From IMG/VR virus record IMGVR_UViG_3300042862_000066, positions 32,001-96,000 of that record: DNA of 64,000 bases. The stretch is one strand, 5' to 3'. Made by a program: the position numbers and the translations under genes. Under the pieces are notes generated by a model, which was given only the letters and a program-made list of their open reading frames with translations, had not been told where the DNA came from and did not search any database. The stretch is from a virus. This document shows positions 1 through 10,894 of the stretch, one piece after another; position 1 is the stretch's first letter, and each line of letters opens with the position of its first letter.

Positions 1-1956
1 TCTATACTCTGCTACCTTAGTATCTTTAGCAGAAACTTTAGCAGACTTTGCAATTATTGCATTTATCTCACCAGTCTTACCTGTAAAGATTGCTGTCTCT
101 CGTGGTGATAATGTCTCTTTATTAATTACTTTATTAGCAATAATATCTAAGATAATATCAGATACGATATTCTTATCTACAAATTTTGTGTAGTCTTTAT
201 CGCTAATGATATCCTTGCTTTCAACAATAACTTTAGCAGTATCAGCATTGATTGGTGCTACCTTAAAATAAGGATTATACTGTTTAACTTTACCCTCAAC
301 ATCTAAGTCTACTTTTACTGTAGCAAAACTTTCTAAGTACTCCGAGTAAGGAACATTTGTGATAGATGCTTTGTCACCAGTAATGGTAAACATAGATACC
401 ATACCATTAGCGCTAGCCTTAGCAGTGTCTATTACATATTCTCTTCCACGTCCTTTTGCATTAGTCTTAAAAGCTGCCGTAAGTTCTTCTCTTGATTTTG
501 CTGTATTAGAAAGGTTTAGTTTTTCTCCTTGGTATTTAACAAAAAACTCTCCAGTTGAACTGTCGACACCGTAGCTAATATCTTTAACAGAACTTAATAC
601 GTAAGTACCTATTATCTTTTTCTTATCGGCATTAGTAATAATCTCCCCTGCAGTGTCAGTATCTACATCAAGAATAAGGCTTACGATATTATTAACTAGC
701 TCGTCACTAAGACTTTTATTTATGATTGGTACGGGAGTATTAGTTTCATTAGGGGTAACGTATATACCACCAAATGAATTTTTAGAAACTGCTCCCGGAG
801 CAAAGAAACTAAAGTTTAAGTTCTGCTTTCCAAAGTAGCTTCCGCTATAAGGAATAGGCTTAGCATCAATGTCACTTATTGCACCAAAGCTACCAAAGTC
901 TATAGAGTTAATGATCTTGTTTCCTTTAGCGCCTCTGATATAATCATAGGCTGATTCTAGGAAATCAAAACCTTGTCTTAAATATTCTCTAGCCTCATCT
1001 ACAGACATGTTAAAGTTCTTAGCAATCTCTTGGGGATTCTGAGTATTAGTTACTCTGTCCACGTCTGCGGCGCCATCCTTAGTTTTACTAGGAAGATATC
1101 GGCTATTATAATAAACTACTTTACCGTCTTCTGCTACTTCATACTTATCATTAAGTCTAACAATATTTCCTTGTTTATCTGTAAGAGCATATACAAAAGC
1201 ATTCTTGTAATCCTCAATTATATAATCAGTATCTACTCCAGACTTAATTACTGATGCTACATGAGGATAGGTATCATTTACATCTATCTCGTTGTATCGC
1301 ATCAGAGTAAGGAATAAACCTCCGTCTACTCCTTTGTAGGGAACACCTTGCTCAGGAGTTTTAGCTTCTCCTGCCAGTAGTTTACTTAATACGTCTTTTG
1401 TAAAGTTTGTATAGAACTTCATTCTTGGGTCAGAACCATTTTCTTCTTTACCCTCAAGAAGTTCCTGTATAGAAGTACTTAACGGACTGTCCGGTTTTCT
1501 TGTTCTACCATATACAGTATTAGATGAACCTAATGCTAAAGAAGTTTGAACCTTGTCAATCTGATCTTGAATAGTAAGTTCTTCTTTAGTCTTAGCTAAT
1601 TCTACCGCAGGATTAGTATCTACTCCTAGGAAGGCAGCAGTTTCATCAAAGCCGTCTTTATCATCAGCTACTAGTCTAGCTAGTCCTCCCACCTCTCTTA
1701 TATCTAAACCAAGGTCTTCAAGTTCTGCAAACTTTTCTTCTACGCCCCATAGTTGTTTTATGAAAGGTATAGACATGCGAGCATAGTCGATTGCTGAGTT
1801 CTGATTATTTGTAAGACCGTATACACGGTTATACATATCATTCAGATACGTCTTTAGATCAAATGGAGTTTTATTTTCCACATAAGTCAAAAGATCCTTC
1901 GCAATTTTAGTACGAAGGATCCTTAATTGTTTATCGCTAAGAGTACAAGTAATCAT
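1..1956 (-). CDS. Giant virion cargo protein, N-terminal 652 aa (runs off window); possibly the virion RNA polymerase polypeptide or its neighbour
   Basis: Not in the ORF track because no stop lies in the window. ATG at 1956-1954 overlaps the TAA of the 1887-aa gene (TAATG). Reads MITCTLSDKQLRILRTKIAKDLL... open to position 1. Position after the other cargo genes fits crAss-like synteny; no catalytic motif seen in the visible part. Confidence 0.7.
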   Translation of the reverse strand, partial: MITCTLSDKQLRILRTKIAKDLLTYVENKTPFDLKTYLNDMYNRVYGLTNNQNSAIDYARMSIPFIKQLWGVEEKFAELEDLGLDIREVGGLARLVADDKDGFDETAAFLGVDTNPAVELAKTKEELTIQDQIDKVQTSLALGSSNTVYGRTRKPDSPLSTSIQELLEGKEENGSDPRMKFYTNFTKDVLSKLLAGEAKTPEQGVPYKGVDGGLFLTLMRYNEIDVNDTYPHVASVIKSGVDTDYIIEDYKNAFVYALTDKQGNIVRLNDKYEVAEDGKVVYYNSRYLPSKTKDGAADVDRVTNTQNPQEIAKNFNMSVDEAREYLRQGFDFLESAYDYIRGAKGNKIINSIDFGSFGAISDIDAKPIPYSGSYFGKQNLNFSFFAPGAVSKNSFGGIYVTPNETNTPVPIINKSLSDELVNNIVSLILDVDTDTAGEIITNADKKKIIGTYVLSSVKDISYGVDSSTGEFFVKYQGEKLNLSNTAKSREELTAAFKTNAKGRGREYVIDTAKASANGMVSMFTITGDKASITNVPYSEYLESFATVKVDLDVEGKVKQYNPYFKVAPINADTAKVIVESKDIISDKDYTKFVDKNIVSDIILDIIANKVINKETLSPRETAIFTGKTGEINAIIAKSAKVSAKDTKVAEYR

Positions 1957-4900
1957 TATTCGCAGCCTAAAGAGTTATCAAATTCGTCGTCAATTTCTTT
2001 CTGGTCAGCAGCCTTAGCTTTTTCTAAGTCTGCATTAATTGCATCGACCCCATTTACATCTACAGCGTTACTAACATTAGTATTAGAGTTCTCTACTTCA
2101 TCTGGAGTTACGGTTACCCCTGTTGGGATATTTTCCGCATTCTGTCTGTACATATACTCTACACCGTTTTTAAGATCAGTTGGGTTCAATATCATAGTTT
2201 CTTCTGAATTAAGCGGTTTAATTCTAATAGTATTGTCTGAGGTATTCTTTCCGAGTACTTGTACAATACCACTTCTACCGTATTTTTTTCTGTCTTTCAT
2301 TACCAGCAAGTCGTTCTTGCCTACTTCTTCAAAGGTAGGAATTTTTGAGGACAATTCCTGCATTTTTTTATTCATAAGTTTGGTAAAGTCCTCGATAGAT
2401 AGACCCTCATCCTCTGCCATTAAGTTGGTAGTATTGTTACGGATATCTTCAAGTTCTTCCAAAGTTGTGGCGTCCTCAATGCTTTGTTTAACCTTACCTT
2501 TTATTCTTTCTTTTACTGTATAAGTTTTGGCCTTACCTGTAAGTACATCACCAACTTGTTCAGTAATTTCAAACATCTCGATGTTTTTACTAACCTTTGC
2601 TTTCTTAGCACCTAATTCGTAAGATCTAATATTAGCTACAGCTTTTTTACCTAAGGCCTCTTCAATGACATCATCATTTTTATTTATGAGAATCATGTCA
2701 GCATTCTTGGCAAATCGTCCTGATGTTGTAATAACCGTGTTACCAGCATCAGCGGCTGCTTGCATTCTAGTAAGAGTCTCTGCGTAAACCTCAGCTGCTT
2801 TTTTACTATCTGACTTAAATAAACTAAATAGAACGTCGCCTAGATTTTTATCTCCTACAGCAATACCGTTGTCTGCTAATACCTCTTTAAAGATATCATC
2901 TGTGTTTATTACATCTTCTCCTAAAGCACTGACATCCATATTGTTATGGACGGTGGTATAGATAATCTTACCCTTAAACTTACTTTTTACTTTGCTCTTA
3001 GGCTTATTTCCTTTCTTATGTGCATCTATAGCAGCCATAGCCTGTTCTTCAGTATCAAGATATTCAGCTATGATCTCTCCGTCTTTGATAACATTATATG
3101 TATCATCGTTGTAAAGATAAACTGTGTATCCATCTACTTCTTTTTGTTCTTTTACAGCACTTGGATCAACAGTAACAGGTGCTCCAGTCAAACCATTTCT
3201 TTTATTATAGTTAGCTATAACTCTTGCTGCTCTTGGTTCACGTTTAATATAACGAGATATATCACTGTCAGGAATAATTGGTTTATTATTAGCAATCTGT
3301 TCCTGGTTAAATAGCTTAAGATCAGCTCTAAGAATTGTTTGCAAATCCTTAGGCATTTCATTCATAGGGGTATCTACTGTAATAGCTTGTCCACCTGCAG
3401 TAGTTGTAGGTGTAATTACATTAGACTCTCCTTTTGAAAGTATAGGATTACCTTGGAACTTATTAGATATGATACCAACTGCCTCATCTAAAGCACTATT
3501 ACTAGAAACTTTTTTAAATCCTAGAAGCTTACCTAAGAATTTTCTGATCTTGTCTACAAGCTCTGTCCAAAGATTCTCATTGGTTTTTTCATACGGGATA
3601 GCATTTAAAGCATTCTGTGCCAATGGGTTAGTCAGGGCCTCGGCCATAAACTTCTCAGGACTTGCGAGCATTGTATTAAATACAGCAACGTCATTAGGGT
3701 CTGTTAAAGAATCTTTGTTTGCTTCTCTAAATGTAATCGCAGCATCCATTAATCCTTTAATAGCTTTTGAGAAAGCTGGGTCTGATAACCCTTCTTCTGT
3801 CATCTTCTGGATCAACGGATTTAATACAGAGTATTCAAATGCAACTTGGATGTCTCCAAAGTCTGATGCTGAGTAACGTAAGTCTACGATTATTCCATCA
3901 TTCTTAGAATAACTAAATGCGATAGGCTGAGTTGTAGAGATTTCCATCTCCTCCTCAGGTTTAACAAACGTAAGCATTCTACGGGCTAATGCTCTTGCTG
4001 CAGGCTTACCGTATCTGTTCGCTATAATATAATCTAGTACGTCAGATGTTTTAACCATCTGAGACTTAAGCTTAGGATCTAATCCTAGGCCTTTCATTAA
4101 ATCTCGTAAAGATCGTTTGTCGTTCTTTGATTTAAAATCATATGCTCTAACAAAAGACTCGGCGCCCTCTTCTGCAATTACTTTACCCGCTAGGTTAAAT
4201 CCATTCTCTTCTTCAAAGTCTTCTAGGAAGTCAAGGATCTCTTTATATCTAGGGCTATTTGTTTCGATAGGTTTTTTAGTCGCAGCATCATAAAATGTAG
4301 ATGGTACTCTTTCGCCGCGCATCAAAGCGTCTATTTCATCAGGCATAAAGAATACGTTAAACTTTTCGTACATCTCACGGATAAGGTCATTAACCTTCAT
4401 TCTGTTTTCAAACTCGCTAAGAGACTCCTGTAATTTTTTAGCAGCAATCTGATGAGCTGCTCTAGCAGCACCACTAAACTTTTTAGCCGACTCTGAAAAA
4501 TACATAGGATCATTAAGAAGGTTAACCATCATACTAGCAGCTTTTGAATCTACATCAAGCTCTAGATAATCTTCTAGCATACCGTATACTCTGTCTATGT
4601 CTGTAGCAAGAAGAGGCTTTCCTCCTTTTGCTGAAGCAGCGGCAAGAACCTTTAAGTAGTTTTCTAAGTCACCTCGCATTTCTTTTTTAAAGTAATCTAC
4701 GTGACGAGATGCCGCGTCAGACTCCTCAAAATTTAATTCAGTTTGTCTTGTAGCTCCTATTATAGTTAAAGACTTAGAGTTAACACTTACTTCTTTTGTT
4801 TTAGTATTACCTTTTGCATCAGTATATTGAATAACAACCTTGTTATTCTTTTTGCTAATAATCTTACCATTAATAGGTTTACCAGCTTTACCTTTATAAC

Positions 4901-7619
4901 TAACTGTTGCACCTACATCTAACTTCTCAACTGTTTCAACAGTATCTCTAATCTCAGTTGCTGTCTCAGGATTAACTGCAGCTTTTCTAGCTTTCTGCAC
5001 TTCTAAAGAATGGTTAATCATACTATTCTTTAAACGATTTAAAGCATCAAAGGCTTGTTGCTTTTGCTCACCAATAGCCTGTTGTTTAGCATCACCTTGT
5101 TTGAAGATGGCTATTTCCCCCTGTAAAGATTCTAGTTCGGCGTCTAGCTGTCCTTCATTAAATATGCTACTAATTCTACCGGCTGTAACTTTTGATAAGA
5201 TTGGATCCTCAGCTATAGTATTTAAAATACCTCCCATTCTACTCTGAGATCTATCAAATGTATATTCGTTATAGATAGCTTGTTTCCTTGCTTCTTCAAA
5301 ACCAATATAATCTATTCTCTCATCTATATCATCAGCGTCAACGCTAAATGGATTATTAATGCTAGAATATTTTTCATGACGCTCTTTAATCTGAGTAGCT
5401 TTATCTAATACAGCATCTAAACGTCCTCTTACATCTTTATTAAATTCATCTTTATTTCCTGACTCGGATGTATAGTTAAATGCTTCAGCAAGTTCTTCAT
5501 CGCTCATTCCTTGGTAATCCTCAATCTGATTTGTAAACAGATCGGCGTATCCCTTATTAATAAGCATTGATACGTGAGAGAATATAGAATCTTGTACAGC
5601 GTCTCCGTGTTCTTTCTTATCTCCGTTGTCTTCAGCGCGATCCATAATCTGAGAGAAATCCTTCTGCGCTTTAATATTGGCGTAGATAGGATCAAATGTT
5701 TTAGTAGGATCTGCCGCAAGATCATTTAAGAAAGTAGTAATCTTAGTTCTTTGTTCTTCTTTTTCTTCTCTCTGTCTTTGATATTGCTCAGGATTCTTAT
5801 ACTTATCGTACATATTTTTAGCGGCCTGAGGAGCTGCCTCAAATGCTAAAGACTGAGGACCTTGTACCAATCCTCCCATTAAGAAACCAGAGAAGAAAGT
5901 CTCAGCACCTTTTGCAGATAGCTGGCTTTTAAATCCTTCATTTAATGAGTCCATGAAGAAAGCAGTTCCTGCTCTTTCTGGACTAGCATATGTATCAAGG
6001 TAGTAGTTTGTCATTGCTTCAGATACGCCTTCTTGATAACTTTCTTGAAGACCCTCTGCAAGATTAGCTGACATATATCTTAAACCATTCTTAGCAAGAT
6101 TCTGAGGTCTAAACTGATTAACGGTATGCTTTAGATATTTTTTACTAAACCAACTTCTAGGATTAGAGGTGTCAATAAATCCTGCATATTTGCCACCGGC
6201 CTTCTTAGAAAAATTCTCAACCATCTTACCTAAGTTACCAGTTGGAATATTTCTAAAAGCTTTAAATCCTCCTAATGCTTTTTCGAATACAATTTTGTTA
6301 GAGAAAAATATAGCCGGGGCATTTGCTAGAGTAGTTTGTACACCAGCAGCTTTAGCTTGTTTAGCAATATCCTCGGCATCTTGTCCTATAGGAGCTTTAC
6401 CATTTTTAGTAATGTACTCTTGAATCAATTTATCTTGAACACCGTTTTGAACCATACCGCCCTCTAATCTAGATTCAGCTAGAGTCGTGTTCATCATTCT
6501 AAGGTCTCTATAGAAGCCGCCAAATGTTTTAGATACCTTGGCAAATTCGCCCATCTTATCAAAACCGTTTGCCCCAGTAGAAATGTTTTTTAATACATCT
6601 ACTGTATTATCAAGAGGATTCAAGAAGTTTCCTACTCCTCCCCAGAATTTTCTAGCGCTACTTATATTATTAAGACTATTACTTGCTGTACTCATAGTGC
6701 GGCCAGCATCTGTAACGTTCAATCCTGCACGAGTAATATCAGCTGCATTTTCAGCAGCCTTCATTCCTCCAAATAGTCCTTTAACAGCTTTTGTAAAACG
6801 ACCAGCATTTACTGCGGTTCTCCCAGCGGCTGCAGCATCAGATACAGGATTTAATCCTCCTTGTAATGCTGCCGCTCCCCATAGAGCTATTTCTTCTGCG
6901 GCTATCTCTCCGATTACTCCAAACGTATATGCAGAGTTTGCATATAGGTTAGTAGCAAATCCTCCAAATCCTTTTCTACTAGAGTTAGCAATAGACATTG
7001 CCTCTTCCATTTCTCTAGCATACTTAGTATCGCCAGCAGTATTTAAACTAAATAAGTCATCCCAGTTACCGAAGGTTTGTTTAAAACCCATTCCTGCTAG
7101 AGTACCCCATTGACTAGAGGCCCTTTTAAAGTCGTCCCATGCTGTACTATTTTGATTATAGTAAGCCTCATTATCTATATAGGGATTCCAACCAAGTTGC
7201 TTAAACTTTGGATGGTTATAATATCTATCAAAGTTATGTTCTTTTCCTGCACCGCTTGATATACCCCATACCTTTGCTGATTCTACAGCAGTAGGTTTAG
7301 CAACAGCTCCAGGACGGTAGGTGTTAGATACTAATTGATTCATTAAATCAATAGTACCATTCCCTTTACTACTAGGACCTTTAAAAGATGCTTGACCTGA
7401 TCTATAGGGATCATAACTATTTGGCCCCAAGTTTTTAGGAATACCGTTTGGTATCATGTTCCCAATACTGGAACTTCCCATTATCTCATCTACCCCTTGT
7501 TTTATCCTAGGTAGATCCTGATCCATTCTAGCCTTAGTCTGACTAAGTAATGTTAAGTACTGATCAATAGGATCTCCCTTTGGAGGAGTTGCGGTCATCA
7601 TATCAGCGGCTGATCTCAT
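1956..7619 (-). CDS. Giant cargo/ejection protein (1887 aa)
   Basis: Gly/Ala-rich N-terminal region with hydrophobic stretches (IALWGAAALQGG, FFSGFLMGGLV), E-x-x-Q-E motif (EGLQESYQE), long helical middle, KOW/SH3-like segments and degenerate zincin-like C-terminal part. Located in the crAss-like cargo block. Confidence 0.75.
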   Translation of the reverse strand: MRSAADMMTATPPKGDPIDQYLTLLSQTKARMDQDLPRIKQGVDEIMGSSSIGNMIPNGIPKNLGPNSYDPYRSGQASFKGPSSKGNGTIDLMNQLVSNTYRPGAVAKPTAVESAKVWGISSGAGKEHNFDRYYNHPKFKQLGWNPYIDNEAYYNQNSTAWDDFKRASSQWGTLAGMGFKQTFGNWDDLFSLNTAGDTKYAREMEEAMSIANSSRKGFGGFATNLYANSAYTFGVIGEIAAEEIALWGAAALQGGLNPVSDAAAAGRTAVNAGRFTKAVKGLFGGMKAAENAADITRAGLNVTDAGRTMSTASNSLNNISSARKFWGGVGNFLNPLDNTVDVLKNISTGANGFDKMGEFAKVSKTFGGFYRDLRMMNTTLAESRLEGGMVQNGVQDKLIQEYITKNGKAPIGQDAEDIAKQAKAAGVQTTLANAPAIFFSNKIVFEKALGGFKAFRNIPTGNLGKMVENFSKKAGGKYAGFIDTSNPRSWFSKKYLKHTVNQFRPQNLAKNGLRYMSANLAEGLQESYQEGVSEAMTNYYLDTYASPERAGTAFFMDSLNEGFKSQLSAKGAETFFSGFLMGGLVQGPQSLAFEAAPQAAKNMYDKYKNPEQYQRQREEKEEQRTKITTFLNDLAADPTKTFDPIYANIKAQKDFSQIMDRAEDNGDKKEHGDAVQDSIFSHVSMLINKGYADLFTNQIEDYQGMSDEELAEAFNYTSESGNKDEFNKDVRGRLDAVLDKATQIKERHEKYSSINNPFSVDADDIDERIDYIGFEEARKQAIYNEYTFDRSQSRMGGILNTIAEDPILSKVTAGRISSIFNEGQLDAELESLQGEIAIFKQGDAKQQAIGEQKQQAFDALNRLKNSMINHSLEVQKARKAAVNPETATEIRDTVETVEKLDVGATVSYKGKAGKPINGKIISKKNNKVVIQYTDAKGNTKTKEVSVNSKSLTIIGATRQTELNFEESDAASRHVDYFKKEMRGDLENYLKVLAAASAKGGKPLLATDIDRVYGMLEDYLELDVDSKAASMMVNLLNDPMYFSESAKKFSGAARAAHQIAAKKLQESLSEFENRMKVNDLIREMYEKFNVFFMPDEIDALMRGERVPSTFYDAATKKPIETNSPRYKEILDFLEDFEEENGFNLAGKVIAEEGAESFVRAYDFKSKNDKRSLRDLMKGLGLDPKLKSQMVKTSDVLDYIIANRYGKPAARALARRMLTFVKPEEEMEISTTQPIAFSYSKNDGIIVDLRYSASDFGDIQVAFEYSVLNPLIQKMTEEGLSDPAFSKAIKGLMDAAITFREANKDSLTDPNDVAVFNTMLASPEKFMAEALTNPLAQNALNAIPYEKTNENLWTELVDKIRKFLGKLLGFKKVSSNSALDEAVGIISNKFQGNPILSKGESNVITPTTTAGGQAITVDTPMNEMPKDLQTILRADLKLFNQEQIANNKPIIPDSDISRYIKREPRAARVIANYNKRNGLTGAPVTVDPSAVKEQKEVDGYTVYLYNDDTYNVIKDGEIIAEYLDTEEQAMAAIDAHKKGNKPKSKVKSKFKGKIIYTTVHNNMDVSALGEDVINTDDIFKEVLADNGIAVGDKNLGDVLFSLFKSDSKKAAEVYAETLTRMQAAADAGNTVITTSGRFAKNADMILINKNDDVIEEALGKKAVANIRSYELGAKKAKVSKNIEMFEITEQVGDVLTGKAKTYTVKERIKGKVKQSIEDATTLEELEDIRNNTTNLMAEDEGLSIEDFTKLMNKKMQELSSKIPTFEEVGKNDLLVMKDRKKYGRSGIVQVLGKNTSDNTIRIKPLNSEETMILNPTDLKNGVEYMYRQNAENIPTGVTVTPDEVENSNTNVSNAVDVNGVDAINADLEKAKAADQKEIDDEFDNSLGCE

Positions 7620-10600
7620 TGATTTTCAAGTAATTGATTAGCATCGTACACTTTATTACCACTGTTTGCCGAAGCAGATTGTAAGAATCTTTGGTTAGCC
7701 ATTGATAAACCTGAGAACATCTCGTTATAAGTATTACTTAATGCATTAATATCTTCATAGGTTGTTCCAAATATAGGCTGTTGTACCAGTTGACCTGCAG
7801 CATTAAATGCTTTTGCCATACCCGTATAACTATATCCACCCGTAGCATTTTTAGCAAACTGAATATTACCTCCGTACTGGTTATAGTTATTAAGCTCTAA
7901 TCCTCCATTATCTACTAAAAATTCTTCTTTAGTTTGTTGCATAGATAAGAATCCTACTGACTTAACCTTATCGGCATCCATGAAGAATGTAATCTCTGGG
8001 GACTGTCCTGCTGCTACTTTGGCTGCAAGATCCCAAGTTGCTCCATGAAGATCATCTGTACCTTTATTCTCATTGATAAAACTCCTACTTGGTTTCCAAG
8101 TCATAGCTACTTTAGTAGCATCATTTGCTGCAAGAGCATGCATGGTAAATTGGCCAGAAGGTCTATTAGGATTTTGATCAGGCTTACCCCCATAATTTAA
8201 CATTGCTGTTTGCATCATGAAGTTTAAAGCATTTTGTGCTGACCCGTCATTTTCTAAGTTAGCATAGTCACCAGCAGTAATATCAAAACCATTTCCATAT
8301 ACAAACTTACTACCTTGCTGATTTCTGAAAGATTCAGATTGCATAGCAGGTAACATATCTTTTGTATAAGCATCCATTGCAATAGAGAATGAATTTGTAT
8401 TATAAGCGGCTGGATCAAAATTATATGTAGCGGCTTCTCCAAAATACTTGTTTAGTCCTCCTAATAAGCTAGGATCGCTAAATGCCTTAATCTCTAGGCC
8501 TGATGTATTATTCTTTGACAGTGTTTCATATGCCTCAGTTAAGTCTTCATACTTATCTATAGCATCTTCTCGCATATCAGCAATACGATCTTCCTCTGAT
8601 ATACTAAAGGTGTCGGCTCTTTGATAACCACCTTGTTCAGTTCTAGGATAATACTGTTCATCGTTTTTATGAGCCTCAATGTAATCAGTAAGGTATTCAT
8701 CTTCTGTTTTTGCTCTACCGAAATCACTAGTAAAATACTGTCCAGAATGCCAAGAATCGACATTAGAAATTCCTGAAATTTGCGATGCAATTTTCTGATT
8801 ATTTTCTTTTTGAATAGCTGTATACTTATCTAGCACAGCAATGTTACTAAGCATCTCCCCGTTATTAGCATCAATTCTATTTTGAATTTGTACTAATGAC
8901 GGATTATTTTTATCTATACCATTAAATCCATTATGTAATGCTAAGTTAATTCTATCGTTTACTTTTAGATAGTAGTCATTATGGTTAGGATCTGTTGTAT
9001 TTTTTAGACCGTCTGCATAAAGTTCATACTCTCCTTTGTCATTCTTTTTAACAAGTCCTCCTTTATAAACTTTCTCTGTTTTAGGGACAACTTTTTCCAC
9101 AGTTGGTGCAAGCCAGTTTGCAAGTTGCATCATCTTCTGGTCTCTCCATGATATTCCTGACCCCTCGATTACACTTTTATTATAGGTTGTTAGATCTACA
9201 TCAGCTAAAGGATTATACCAAGCTGGTGCTTCAACATTTTCGTAAGTAGTTTTATCTTCTTCAGTATATAATCCTAGAGTAGAATTAATCTCCTGCTCTA
9301 TTAATGTTTTTTCTTCTGGAGTTGCAGCATTCTTTAATCTAGCATTTTGAATAGCCAGATACTGATCCATGTTATTCTGAGCATAAGAGGTATTGGCCGT
9401 GAATAAGTTATTTAATTTACCTGCATTCTGTTGACTAATATTTGTATCTCCCGATACATTACCCGGTCCAGGAATTTTTGTAAGAATTCCTTGGTTAAAC
9501 ATGTCTGATAACCATCCTGCTCCTGATCCAGATCCGGGTACGGTATTTCCACCGTTCTCATACATCTTACCAGCGATATCCATTATCTTTAATGTCTTAT
9601 CATTATCGAATCGTATACCTTCTTCTATTACTCTATATCTATGATTAGTAGCAGCTAAAGCGTATTGATCCACTTCTGAATCTACTTTCATTTTTGACAT
9701 AGCATAATCCCTAGCAGTAGTAGTAACTAGACCATCCATTAGGAAATAAGTCATTGCGTTATCTACTCGGTATCTTAAACCTTGGCGGTCCATAGCATCA
9801 AAGTCTATAGCATCTGTTTGGCTTAAAACCTCATCATTTTTTTCTGTTACCGCATCTATAACCTGTTCATCCTTAACTACTTGTCTATACATTTCCACAA
9901 TGTCTTTATCCAAGTCTGGATCTACTCCCTCAGTCTGAATTTTTTTCTCAAGAACTTTTTTAGTAGTCTTTGTCTTATCTTTAGTCTCAGTATCTGTTTG
10001 ATTCTGGGCTCTATAAAATGTATTAATCTCGTCAACCTTTGTTTTAAGATATTCTGTTTCTGCTGCCATTTCATCTCCACCAAACTTTTCAGCATTAGTC
10101 TTCATATAGTTCTTACGATCTACATAAGCTTGTGCGCTGTACATATCTTTTATTCTAGGATCATTTACAATAAGACTGCTAAAGACATTTTGTAATGTAG
10201 GAATAGATTGTGGACCATTGGTAGTCTTAATAATATATCCCCCTTGCTTAGATAAAGTTTCAGGATTAAGATCATTAGCCTTAGCAAACTCAAATAGATC
10301 CTTAGTAGCGTTTACGAATGGCGAATACTTAGGAGCAGCAAAGTTTAAAGAGTCCTCGTCAGATGACTTAGCAAAATCTTCCGCTTGGTAATCCAAAGCT
10401 CTATCGCCAACATCCCATGCTGTAACACCTTTATCTTTTGGATTAGGGTTATTACGTAAACGATCAGCCTTTGACTTCTCTCCTCTATATCGCTTTGTAA
10501 AAGACATGTCAGCTCTAAAGTAATCATTATCTATTAGAGGCTGAAATAACTTAGATGCCGTCTGTACGTTTTCTGGTAAAGATAAATCGACGCCTGATAG

Positions 10601-10831
10601 ACGCTTTATCTCATTATCTAACCCCGTAAAGAATTCATTACGACGTTCGATGTTAGGTTCCCGCATCAAGTCAGAATTTAACAACTTGCCATATACGGAG
10701 CTGATTTTATTATAACCAGCTTCATACTGACCTTGCTTCGTTTCCAAAGCTTTTTGAAAGAAGTTAAAGTCCGGCTGAAAAGGCTGGATCTGAGGGATGT
10801 AATCTGTTAGTCCTTGTATGTACGTTGCCAT
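7616..10831 (-). CDS. Internal virion (cargo) protein (1071 aa)
   Basis: N-terminus MATYIQGLTDYIPQIQPFQPDFNFF...KQGQYE resembles crAss-like cargo N-termini; ATGA overlap with next gene. Confidence 0.7.
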   Translation of the reverse strand: MATYIQGLTDYIPQIQPFQPDFNFFQKALETKQGQYEAGYNKISSVYGKLLNSDLMREPNIERRNEFFTGLDNEIKRLSGVDLSLPENVQTASKLFQPLIDNDYFRADMSFTKRYRGEKSKADRLRNNPNPKDKGVTAWDVGDRALDYQAEDFAKSSDEDSLNFAAPKYSPFVNATKDLFEFAKANDLNPETLSKQGGYIIKTTNGPQSIPTLQNVFSSLIVNDPRIKDMYSAQAYVDRKNYMKTNAEKFGGDEMAAETEYLKTKVDEINTFYRAQNQTDTETKDKTKTTKKVLEKKIQTEGVDPDLDKDIVEMYRQVVKDEQVIDAVTEKNDEVLSQTDAIDFDAMDRQGLRYRVDNAMTYFLMDGLVTTTARDYAMSKMKVDSEVDQYALAATNHRYRVIEEGIRFDNDKTLKIMDIAGKMYENGGNTVPGSGSGAGWLSDMFNQGILTKIPGPGNVSGDTNISQQNAGKLNNLFTANTSYAQNNMDQYLAIQNARLKNAATPEEKTLIEQEINSTLGLYTEEDKTTYENVEAPAWYNPLADVDLTTYNKSVIEGSGISWRDQKMMQLANWLAPTVEKVVPKTEKVYKGGLVKKNDKGEYELYADGLKNTTDPNHNDYYLKVNDRINLALHNGFNGIDKNNPSLVQIQNRIDANNGEMLSNIAVLDKYTAIQKENNQKIASQISGISNVDSWHSGQYFTSDFGRAKTEDEYLTDYIEAHKNDEQYYPRTEQGGYQRADTFSISEEDRIADMREDAIDKYEDLTEAYETLSKNNTSGLEIKAFSDPSLLGGLNKYFGEAATYNFDPAAYNTNSFSIAMDAYTKDMLPAMQSESFRNQQGSKFVYGNGFDITAGDYANLENDGSAQNALNFMMQTAMLNYGGKPDQNPNRPSGQFTMHALAANDATKVAMTWKPSRSFINENKGTDDLHGATWDLAAKVAAGQSPEITFFMDADKVKSVGFLSMQQTKEEFLVDNGGLELNNYNQYGGNIQFAKNATGGYSYTGMAKAFNAAGQLVQQPIFGTTYEDINALSNTYNEMFSGLSMANQRFLQSASANSGNKVYDANQLLENQ

Positions 10832-10863
10832 ATCTTATTGTAAAAATACGAAAAAAAATCTTT

Positions 10864-10894
10864 AAAGTTTAATAAACTTTTTAAGTTTAAATTT
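10864..10894. promoter_or_regulatory. Palindromic operator-like site AAAGTTTA-A-TAAACTTT plus AAGTTTAAATTT
   Basis: Perfect 8-bp inverted repeat upstream of the 1071-aa gene; same half-site as 44824 and 53110. Confidence 0.5.

Noticed and set aside
9790-9815. DAIDFDAMD in the 1071-aa protein as RNAP catalytic motif
   Set aside because: Lies in a helical context and lacks the surrounding double-psi barrel signature; not a DFDxD match.
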